Assembly (NCBI GenBank): GCA_046563655.1
Contig: CM102283.1
Span: forward strand, 2,790,001-2,854,000
DNA length: 64,000 nucleotides
Origin: Yuukianura sp. NJ FZ-2021
Taxonomy: Eukaryota
Direction of reading: 5' to 3'
Of this stretch, positions 29,162-39,713 are shown in pieces. Below the pieces are notes generated by a model that saw only the letters and a program-made list of their open reading frames with translations, was not told where the DNA came from and did no database searches. The first letter of the stretch is position 1. Every line of letters begins with the position of its first letter. The translations under genes were made by a program, and so were the position numbers.

Positions 29162-29590
29162 ATGAAAGTCGCTCTCCTCCTGTTTGTTACTTTGGCGGTC
29201 ATCGTCATCTCTGCCCAGGTACAGCTTTTCAGATTCCAAATTCATAAAAAAAATCTAAATTTTTTCAAAACTGTAATTTCGAAATTACTTTCCTAAATTC
29301 TAAAGGCTTCGCCGGTGCCAGAAGAGGACGTTGCTGCTTTTGAACTAGCTGTGGACAGTGATGCTGCCTGTAAGCTTCCATAGAACGCCACTATTTACTA
29401 TTAATCAATTAATTAATCGATTAATTAGAAACATAGTTAATTTAATAAACTTTGGTTTGCAGTGACCTTTGACGCTGCCGCCGCTGCGGAAGGCGCTGGA
29501 GAGGGCAAGGGTAAGGGCAAAGGCAAAGGCAAAGGCAAAGGCAAAGGCAAAGGCAAAGACAAGAAGGACAAGAAGGACAAGAAAGATTAA
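29162..29590 (+). CDS. Small secreted Gly-Lys-repeat peptide, family copy 2
   Basis: Three exons (29162-29218, 29306-29369, 29463-29590) giving MKVALLLFVTLAVIVISAQ-ASPVPEEDVAAFELAVDSDAA-LTFDAAAAAEGAGE(GK)9(DKK)3D*. Confidence 0.85.
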
Positions 29591-30001
29591 TTCCAACCAA
29601 AGCTAAAACTTGCTCAACTAATCCAAGTCAATTAACTAACTAACAATCTGTATTCAACATTGATTTTTTTTTTTCAAAAATTGTCAAAATGGAACGCCAT
29701 TAGCAAATTAAAAATTGTGCCCAAATCAGGAAAGTTCAATTCAAAAGAAATAAAATACCTTAAAACCGCAACAATTTACGCTTCGACAACATCTCATTTT
29801 TTGCTCTTTATTTTTTTGCCTTACCACAAAATCTTTTCACTTAACTTTAATTCAAACTAGTATTTATATATTATGTATTATAAATCATTTTTCTATCAAG
29901 TTTATAATATATTATAGCAAATGTTTTGGCAAAAACAATTTCCGTTCATTTGATTACTTCTGCTTCATTCCTAAATTTTTATTCTTGAATTCGAAAGATA
30001 C

Positions 30002-30045
30002 GGTCCGAGTGGGATTCGAACCCACATCCTGACTCCGGCAATGCT
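30002..30045 (-). pseudogene. tRNA-like / SINE-head remnant
   Basis: Minus-strand B-box GTGGGTTCGAATCCCAC with no complete cloverleaf visible. Confidence 0.4.
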
Positions 30046-30216
30046 ACCTAAGATGCGTCTTGTAGTCGAGGAAATACGGTATTTACCACAGTTCACGGTT
30101 CAATGACATTTTAAAAGTTTTTTTTTTTTTCAAAAATTAGATTTCATTATTTTCAAAACATTTGAGTTTACGAGTAAAAAAGAGGAACAACAATACTCTC
30201 ATTGCTAACTCCTGTT

Positions 30217-31160
30217 CATAGTTGTACTGTCTTTCGGCTTCCAGTCTTCACGGCTTCCGAAGAGAAACTACTGATTCGGATTCTAGTCTTCCGACTTCCG
30301 GCTTCCAAATATTCTCTTGTCTTCACGGCTTCCGACTTCGCGCTTCCAGAGAATGTTTTGTCTTCACGGCTTCCGACCTCCGGCTTCCAGAGAATTTCTT
30401 GTCTTCCAATCTTCCGGCCTCCGGCTTCCAAAGATTCTCTTGTCTTCACGGCTTCCGACTTCCGGCTTCCAGAGAATGTTTTGTCTTCACGGCTTCCGAC
30501 CTCCGGCTTCCAGAGAATATCTTGTCTTCCAATCTTCCGGCTTCCAAAGATTCTCTTGTCTTCACGGCTTCCGACTTCGCGCTTCCAGAGAATGTTTTGT
30601 CTTCACGGCTTCCGACCTCCGGCTTCCAGAGAATTTCTTGTCTTCCAATCTTCCGGCCTCCGGCTTCCAAAGATTCTCTTGTCTTCACGGCTTCCGACTT
30701 CCGGCTTCCAGAGAATGTTTTGTCTTCACGGCTTCCGACCTCCGGCTTCCAGAGAATATCTTGTCTTCCAATCTTCCGGCTTCCAAAGATTCTCTTGTCT
30801 TCACGGCTTCCGACCTCCGGCTTCCAGAGAATGTTTTGTCTTCCAAGGCTTCCAGAGGATGTTTTGTATTGCAGTCTTCCGGCTTCCGGAGGATATTTTG
30901 TCTTCCGACCTCCGGCTTCCGGAGAATCTTTTGTCTTCACGGCTTCCGGCTTCCAGAGAATCTTTTGTCTTCCAAGCTTCCGGCTTCCAAAGAATATTTT
31001 GTCTTCCAACCTTCCGGCCTCCGGCTTCCAAAGAATATTTTGTCTTCCGGGCTTCCGTCTTCAAAACTTCCGGAAGTCGGAAGAATGAAGCCGGAAGACG
31101 GCTTCATTTGAAGAATCTTCCGGAAGACAGTACAAGACTGCGTCCTATTTGGTGACTATG
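30217..31160. mobile_element. Non-autonomous element filled with a higher-order CGGCTTC tandem array
   Basis: Inverted repeats TTGTACTGTCTTTCGG (about 30222) and CCGGAAGACAGTACAA (about 31120), with CATAG...CTATG outer ends. The interior consists of ~35-42-bp subunits arranged in ~120-bp higher-order repeats. Confidence 0.65.
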
Positions 31161-33212
31161 GTGACGAGGGTATTCAAGCTGCGGACCTGCTTTCCTTCTT
31201 CCTGGCTTTCCCGTTTTACGTTTGGAAATTTAATACCTGGTTGAATCAGCGATGACTATTGGTTTCCTTGTTTATTTGTTTTTGACGTCCAATTTTCAAT
31301 GAAACAATGATAGCCAGCAATGGCAATGTGTTTTCTTTTTTGATGAAGGATCATTTCTCCCGGTCGACAGAGTCGAGCGACGCTTTTCTAGTCACTCCAG
31401 ACACGGATTTACGGACTACTACAATTTCGGCTGGTAACTTTTGTTTAAATTCATCTGAATTCGTTAATTTTTTTTTCTGCTACATAACGTAAAATGATAT
31501 CTATTACGGCTGGATTTGGTTCTACTCATCCGGCTCATAGCTTGAAACTGTTGCTGGAACTGATTTACATGTTTTCCTTACTAAATTGTACTGTTTACAC
31601 AGTTAACTTCATGCTGCTGCGTTGCGCAACTGGGAACTCTTCTTTTCGTTCGAAAACCTCGGATTTGTCGTAATCAACGTCGGTCCCATGAATGTCCTCG
31701 CCCTTCGACGATAGATGCACTCAACATACGACCTAATTTATGACTTTGTTTATAATACTTTACGTTTTGTAAAATGTTTATAATGTTTCGTTGGTTCGTC
31801 GTTTCACATTTCCAAACAAAAAGTTACCTGAAATGAAATTTTCGCATACTTATACAAAGTTTTCTGTATTAGCACGAAGTGCTTTTTTTGTTATTAAATT
31901 AGAGACTCTTACGACACGGAAATAAAACAAACGATGACGATGATGTTGAACTTAAAATAGGCTACAACGTTTTTCTGGCAGTATTTGTTATAATTTTAAC
32001 ATTTTTCGTACATATTCTGTTAATTTGTGTACGTTTTTTAAGTAATATCCTACTCTTAGTAGAGATCTGTGTGTTGTGCAATTGTTGTAAGCCTCGTAAA
32101 AGCGTAAAATCATCAATTTTTCTTTAACTTTTGTTTTGAAAACACCCAATGGATCCACGGTCACGTAAATATTAATTTATTTATTTATTAGTCAAACCCA
32201 TCGGGCACTCAGCCCACGGGGCCCATAACCATTTCCTCACTGTTACCTTTTGACAATTTGGAGAACGAGTTACTACTTAAAAATCAACAAATTAATCATT
32301 ACATTTGCATCTAGCGTTAATTCCTCTCAATTTCCTCTGTGAGTGACTCACACCATTCAAAATATTCCTCAAAATGGTACTGAAATTCAAAAGAGACATC
32401 CTGAAAATAGTTTTCCCAATTTGAGTCCGTCCTTTTTGCACATTGTGCGCATTTTGTCTCCATAACTTTCTTAGCTAACATTTTTGATAATTTTGCAACG
32501 TCACTAAAATCACAAAGCTTTTCAGTCACTTCTTCGTCATTCCCCCGCAATACTCGATCTCACCATCTACGACGACGAAGACTCCACACCCCAACCAAAT
32601 GTATAACCTCCCCAATTTAGATTAATCCGCTACTAGCATAAGATTAGGATGTTATGGGGCCATGGCAACCGCAACTCGGGTAAGGATTTTCGTCCTGCTT
32701 TTAATGCGCAAAATAAGAACTTCCGCACTTCTCAACCAAATTTTACCTTGGCATAATATTATTTTAATTTTATGCAACGGTTGCAAGAGTAGCTTTTTGT
32801 GTCGTATCGTTTTCAAATATTTTGCACCTCTCGATTATTGGATTTTGTACTAGATAGAACATAAGGAACGGTGAAAATTTAAAAACAACAAAAATATTTT
32901 GTTTTTGTTTTCAGGAAGGAAGATGGAAGTAAAAGATTCGTGTGAGGTTGATTCCGGATGCGCATGTACACTCAAATTTCGTAGATTTCTTTTACAAAAG
33001 GTTTAAAACATTATAAACTATTTTAAATTGACGCTAATTTTTAATGATTGAATCAATAATCATGCAACTGGTCGTTTTTGCTCGGGAAAAAAAAACAAGG
33101 TCCAATGTTTGGTATAAATTATAAAAATTGGTACAAAAATTGTTCAGTTTAAATCAAACTAATACTATCTTCTTGTAATTCAAAAAATCCCACCTTCGGT
33201 TCAAAAATTAAA

Positions 33213-33617
33213 ATGAAACTCGGTCTCCCCTTGTTTGTTACTTTGGCGGTCATCGTCATCTCTGCCCAAGTACAACTTTTCAAAAAAAAATTTTTTTTTA
33301 ATTCAAATTTCTGTAAGTTAAAACTTTGAAATTTTGAAATTTGATTTTCTAAATTTTAAGGCTGACCCTGAGCTAGACGATGTTGCTGCTTTTGAACTAG
33401 CTGTGGACAATGATGCTGCCTGTAAGCCTCATATTACTTGCTCTTTTTTTTCCAATTAATTAATAAATTAACTAATTAAATAAAAACATACTAAGTTTAA
33501 TTAACTTTACTTCCAGTGACCTTTGACGCTCCCGTCAGGAGGGGACTGGACTCCAAAGAAATCAAGGAAAAGAAGGAAAAGAATAAGAACGAAAAAAAAG
33601 ACAAGAAGAAGGATTAG
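33213..33617 (+). CDS. Small secreted Lys-rich peptide, family copy 3
   Basis: Three exons giving MKLGLPLFVTLAVIVISAQ-ADPELDDVAAFELAVDNDAA-LTFDAPVRRGLDSKEIKEKKEKNKNEKKDKKKD*. Confidence 0.8.
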
Positions 33618-34111
33618 TAAATTCAAACGCTAATTCCAATCAAAGTTAAAAGTTAATCAATTAATTGAAGCCAATTAACTAACTATCAATCAATTGGCAT
33701 TCAAAGTTATTTTTCCCACATTACTAAATTGTCAAAATAGAACGATATTGACCACATTAAAAATTGTTCCCAAATCAGGAAAATTCAATTCAGAAGAAAT
33801 AAAATACCGTAAAACCGCAACAATTTACGTCTCGACAACATCTAATTTTCTGCTCTTAATTTACTCTTTATATTACCACAGAATCGTTTCATTAAACTCT
33901 AACTCTAACTAACTTAAACGATTATTATATTATTTATTATAAATTATTTTCTTATAGAATTTATTACATATTATAATAGCCAATGTTTGGCGAAAATAAT
34001 TTCCATTTATTACTTCTGCTTGTTTCCTAAATTTTTATTTTTGTATTTGTCTCAATCATTTCCTGACTGTTGATTGGCTTGACGGACAAATAATAATTGC
34101 GTGGAAAAATA

Positions 34112-34180
34112 TAGGAACCAAGTGTGATTCGAACCCACATCTCTTCACTCCGGGAAGATGCTCTCTACCACCGAACAATG
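34112..34180 (-). pseudogene. tRNA-like / SINE-head remnant, related to 30002-30045
   Basis: Minus strand shows an A-box-like GGTGGTAGAG and a B-box GTGGGTTCGAATCACAC, at an equivalent position downstream of a peptide gene copy. Confidence 0.4.
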
Positions 34181-34314
34181 CCATTCGACTTGCGCAAAGA
34201 AACGAAAGAGTTAGATCATGGTTTATTGGCATTTCAAAAGTTTTTTAGAATTGTGGAATTACATTTTGTCATTTTCAAAAGCATTTCAATTATAAATAAC
34301 AGTAAGAAAGGGAA

Positions 34315-36253
34315 AGCTTGTTTCAAATAAACCGGTTGTAAACCGCCCATACTGATAATAGCGAAGCAATAGGCCCTTCGAAGGGGTGTGTTTTCCCCAC
34401 TTTCCCGCCCCCCCCCCGGGGAGTAGGGGTGTGTTTTCCCGCTTCTTTGCTCCGCATCCCAGGAGGCGTGGGGGTGTGTTCCCCCCACTTTCCCGCCCCC
34501 CCCCCCCGCGGTAGTGGGGGTGTGTTCCCCCCACTTTCCCGCCCCCAGGGGTTTTGACAGGTGAGACGTGACAGCTGAGGCGTGACAGGTGACACCCGGC
34601 AAGTGACACTTGAGGGTGACAGGTGACACGCGGCACGTGACAGGTGACACCCGGCAAGTCACAGGTGACAGGTGACACCCGGCAATTAACAGGTGACAGG
34701 TGACACCCGGCAGGTGACGGGTGACACCCGGCAATCAACAGGTGACAGGTGACACCCGGCAAGTGACAGGTGACACCCGGTGGACACAGTGCATGAGTGT
34801 GTAATGTGTATATGTCAACTGCGTAATAGATTTTTTGCTAAGCAGAGAATCAAGTCCCATGCCAATTGCCTTTCCAGTCTCACAAGCAGAGTTTTGTTTA
34901 CCCACACTTGCATTACAAATGACCTTTGAAATCGACTTAGACAAATTTCGAGTTGAAGTTGAATGACCTCTCCAGACAACCCAAAAAATGACCTCTACAA
35001 AAGTTGTTCAGCTCGATGAGATGATCATTTTTTCTCCTATGACCTATGACCTTGTGACCTATCCCTAAGGCCACAGGTCGGCATAAAGATAGATGAAAAA
35101 CTTCGGAATTACCTATGACCTCAGGTATAGGTCACAGTGTCATAGGTCATAGGACAAAAAATGATCATCTCATCGAGCTGAACAACTTTTGTAGAGGTCA
35201 TTTTTCCTGTCGTCGCTTGGTTACTGAGTTATCGGGGGAAAACGGTTGACCTTGACCTTTGACCCAATGGGATAATATTCAATAGTGACCAAGCCCGGGT
35301 CATGACATGGTCACTGGTGAAAACCGGAATCAAATCGGACCAGTAGTTTCTGAGATAATTAATCCGGACAGACAGACGGACAGACAAACCTCTTTTATCA
35401 TAATAGCTTCGCTATTATAATAAAGCGATTATAATCCATTTTAGATTAATCTACGGTTGCGCGGTTACTCCAGCCCAAAATTTTTTGAAGATTAATCCAG
35501 CTGCGAAAATGACACCAGGCAACCAGAATAGGACATTCATCAAGCGGTTGAAAACGTTAACTAGCGGTCAGAGAAAGTCATCTAGCGGTAATAGAAAGTC
35601 ATCGAGCGATCGGAGAAAGTCATCGAGCGGTCGGTGAAAGTCATCGAGCGGCCGGAGAAAGTCATCGAGCGGTAAGAAAAAATCATCCAACGGTCAGAGA
35701 GCTTCCGCTAGCGGTCGGTGAAAGTCATCGAGCGATGGGAGAAAGTCGTCAAGCGGAAGTTGAAACTAGCTTAGAATTTAGATTTGGAAGAACTCCTCCA
35801 CAAATGGCATGTTGGAATGTGCATAGCTTTGACCGCTCGATGACTTTCTCCGAACGCTCGATGGATTTCACCAACCGCTAGCGAAAGCTCTCTGACCGCT
35901 GGATGATTTTTTCTTACCGCTCGATGACTTTCACCGACCGCTCGATGACTTTCTCCGATCGCTCGAGGACTTTCACCGACCGCTCGATGACTTTCTCCGA
36001 TCGCTCGATGACTTTCTATGACCGCTAGATGACATTCTATGACGGCTAGATGACCTTACATGACCGCTCGATGGCTTCCCTGGTCTCGTCGCATGGTTTC
36101 CTAAACTTTGGATTTTAGATTAATCTGCAAGAATCCTACTTTTTGTGGATTCTTTTTTGGGCGATTATAATCGGAAAAATAATCGGGCTGGAGTAACCGC
36201 GCAACCGTAGAATAATCTAAAATGGATTATAATCGCCTTATTTGAAACAAGCT
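34315..36253. mobile_element. Foldback MITE with long TIRs; the left TIR is interrupted by a nested insertion
   Basis: AGCTTGTTTCAAATAA (34315) plus GCGATTATAATCCATTTTAGATT...CTCCAGCCC (35425-35477) is the reverse complement of 36184-36253. Internal ~20-bp GAAAGTCATCGAGCG arrays occur in opposite orientations. Confidence 0.8.
34332..35420 (-). mobile_element. DINE-1/HINE-like non-autonomous Helentron
   Basis: Subterminal inverted repeats ATAATAGCGAAGC (34355) and GCTTCGCTATTAT (35406), a terminal hairpin CGGTT-GTA-AACCG, a (GTCY)n microsatellite near 35370, central tandem repeats (GACAGGT; CCCCACTTTCCCGCCC) and T-rich insertion ends. Confidence 0.7.
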
Positions 36254-36678
36254 AATAAAACTGTTGTTGGAAGAGTGTAGAATTTTGAGTCGTAGTTCGA
36301 ATAGTTTTCAAATCTTGAACCTCTCGTATGGGATTTTGTGTTAGCTAAAATAGAAAGAAGGCGAAAATTTTAAAAAATTACCGACATTCTGTTTTTGTTT
36401 TTCAGGAAGGAAGAAAGATGGAAGAAAAATATTCGCGTGAGATTGCTTCCGGAAGCGCATGGGCTCTTAAATTTCATAGATTCCTTTCATAAAAAGTTTA
36501 AAACGTGCGCAATCAATTCAATTTAAATGGCTACTAATTTTTAATAATTGAATCAAGCATGCAACTGTTCGTTTTTTGTTCAGAAAGAAAAACAAGGCCA
36601 AATTTTGGTATAAATTTAAATCAGAACCGTTAGTTTTCTTGAAATTAAAAAAATCCCACGTTCGCTCCAAAAATCAAA

Positions 36679-37237
36679 ATGAAAGTCGCCGTCCTCCTAT
36701 TTGTTACTTTGACGGTCCTCGTCATCTCTGCCCAGGTACAACTTTTTAAAACAATTTTTTTTAAATTGAAGTTTTTATAAAAGTTGAAACTTTGAATTAA
36801 GAAATTTTGTTTTCCAAATTCTAAAGGGTGCCCCTGAACCAGAGGACGTCGCTGCTTTTGAACTAGCTGCGGACAGAGATGCTGCCTGTAAGTTTCCAAA
36901 GAACGCCCTTATTTTCCATTAAGTGTTGCGACTTATCAAGTTAACTAATTAGAAACATATTTAGTTTAATTAACGTTACTTTCCAGTGACCTTTAACACT
37001 GAAGCCGCTGTAGGCGTCGAAGATGGCAGCAAAGGAAAGGACGAAGGAGCCAAAAATGGAAAGGGCAAGGGAAAAGGGAAAGGAAAAGGCCAGGGCAAGG
37101 GAAAAGGCAAGGGAAAAGGCCAGGGCAAAGGAAAAGGTAATGGCAAGGGAAAAGGAAATGGGAAAGGAAAAGGCAATGGCAAGGGAAAAGGAAATGGCAA
37201 GGGAAAGCAGGAAGAGAAGGAAAACAAGGATGAGTAA
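36679..37237 (+). CDS. Small secreted Gly-Lys-repeat peptide, family copy 4 (longest)
   Basis: Three exons giving MKVAVLLFVTLTVLVISAQ-GAPEPEDVAAFELAADRDAA-LTFNTEAAVGVEDGSKGKDEGAKNGKGKGKGKGKGQGKG...(GKGKGN)n..KQEEKENKDE*. Confidence 0.85.
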
Positions 37238-39713
37238 ATTTAAACAACGCTCAAATTTTAAACTTCCTCAACTAACTGAAGTCAACTAACTATTTATTAA
37301 TCAGTATTCAAATTTATTTTTTTCTTCAAATGGCTAATTAAAATGAAATTTATTAAATTAAAAAATTGCTCGCAAATCACCAAGCTCGAATTCAAAATAA
37401 ATACAATACCGTAAAACTGCAACAATTTACGCTTCGACAACCTCTCATTCTTCGCTCTAACTTTTTTTTAACCTTACTGCCCAAATGTTTCATTTAACTT
37501 CAACTACTTATAGATTATTTATTCTAAATTAATTACTTTGTAGTACATTATTTATTAGAAATTAATTACATCTAAAATCTAGTAGAAAATGTTTTGGTAA
37601 AAATAATTTTCATTGAATATTGCTGCTCATTCCTAGCCTCTTGTTGATTTTTTTTGCCACAAATTATTTAAATTACAACCGACTGTTTATTTGTTTCTGA
37701 TTACAAATTAATTTATTAAATTATGAAATTTAAATATTTAATTCCTTTTGTTGTAAAAATTAGTTACGGCATTCCGTTTACAAAATGTACGAAAAGTTTT
37801 CACATTGAGAATTTGTTTTCTCAGAAGTTGTTAGATGGTGCTGGCGCAGCGTAGATAGGAGTCCCTTCTGTGGTGTTTTTTTAGGAGAAAAAATCGAAGG
37901 AAAAGGCGAAAAAATTTGCAATTTTTTTGACATTTGAAGGCGAACGGCAACGAGGGAAGAAGAAGTTGACTGAATTTCTGGTTTTGTGCCTCAGCTGTCG
38001 GTGTTGGTGGTTCTAGGCGCAGCGTTGCGCAGTTTCGGTATCATCGACTAATCGTACGACGGTAAGTACTTCGCAAAGGTCCTACTGCATACTGTGGTCC
38101 TTGTTGTTCTCATTCGGAAGCGATTTGTGTAAGACATAAGAAGAGACTAGGTTACCTAGTGTCACATAACCTAAATAATCACATCACATCAGATTGCAAT
38201 TCTCTTGATTCTCATTAATATTAATCGGTACTAATCCCTGTCATATTGTCAAGACGTGGTTGGGATAAGGAATAGCAGAAGACATGAATTAGGTAATCGA
38301 TTAACGTTGTTTTGTGTCTAAAAGAAAGTCGGGGAATACCCAAAGCCACGCCTGTTTCGGAATTGGTGTATTCTGGAATCTGGAAGTACCGGAAAAACGG
38401 TACCTTGATACGTTTCGTTTTCTTTTTTTAAATCTTAGTATTTCATTTCTATCCAAAGGGCGGTTACGTTCTGGGTAATTGAAGTAATTAGTCAAAAGTT
38501 AAAGTTCATTTAAGTCATTTGTCTCATTTGTGACTGTGGTTTAGTTAAGCGTCATTGGTGTAAGTGTACTATTTTTGATGAATGGTGACTAACCTAACTT
38601 CCTACTTGTGAATTGTAATCTAACTGACGACTGTTTTTCTGTTTACTCAGGTACCTGATAGACACGTCTTGTGTCATCACCGCACCGGTTGGTTGCTGTT
38701 CTGTTAGCTGTGTAAACTTTACACTGTAAAGACAGTTGAGGAAGGAATCGCCCATTGTCATTGGAAATTGACACTTTTTACTACCTTGGAACTCTTCTGA
38801 TTCGCCTTCATTCTCAGAGAAGTTAAAATGGCAATAATCGTAAATCAAGTGGACCATTAAATTCGAATCAAACTGATTGGAGAACTTCAGACACCGAAAT
38901 CAAACACGTCCTCAACTTTAACAGTGCACCAGAACAGGACTTCGTCAACTCCAACCTTACCATTTGATCACCATTGCCGTCGATTTTCCAACTGTCAACT
39001 TCCGGGATTCAGTTGGTGAAACTACAGATCAGGAAAAGCTGGTAAGTTACGAATTACTGACGATTTTCTTGAATTGTCATGTAGTATCATAGGTCATAGC
39101 GAAATTCACGGCGCGATTTTTTGACGTTTTTGAGGGCATGACATTTTGGAACTTCTGATCTTATTTTTAAATAGCACTAGACTGAGGTTAAACATTTTAA
39201 CAACCACGTAACTTGGTTGTCCAGTTCTTGGAAGAGCCTGGATGGGTGTATTTTTGTGGCCGGGGCGTATTTTGGATGGTAATTTGTGACTGATGCCAGT
39301 CAGCCGCAATGTCCATTTCAATAATTGCATGAGACTAAAAAACTTTTTAGTCTAAAAGTTACAATGAGCCTAACACAGTTTTGACTTTTCCAGCTGACAC
39401 TTGATATCATGAATCTCTGGTAGTGATTACTAGCGTCAATTTTATCAGTGTCTATGCCTATTTATTTATTTCGTCTATTGACTCAACTCTCAGGTTCATT
39501 TAATATGATTTAACCATTCTTTAGACTCCGGACTTCTTGCCTCCTCTGCAACCCAACTTCAGTCATCTAAATTAAATTCATTCCGCAACATCATTCAAAA
39601 GTTGTTGGATTTGGACAAGTAGCTGCCCTCAACCTCTGAACTACTCCACGGTGCTAACAACGATCTTTCAGCCTTTCCACTTTGTGCATCACAAGTTATA
39701 ACACAAGAAGAAG

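Noticed and set aside
30002-30045. Functional tRNA gene
   Set aside because: Only the T-arm/B-box is recognisable; there is no complete cloverleaf.
30202-31155. Long overlapping ORFs (317, 288 and 264 aa)
   Set aside because: They are artefacts of a stop-free tandem array open in several frames.
34234-34762. ORFs of 158-166 aa on the minus strand
   Set aside because: They are translations of tandem repeats in the HINE-like element.
36986-37237. Collembolan antifreeze protein or collagen
   Set aside because: Those use Gly-X-X tripeptide repeats; this is a Gly-Lys dipeptide polymer.
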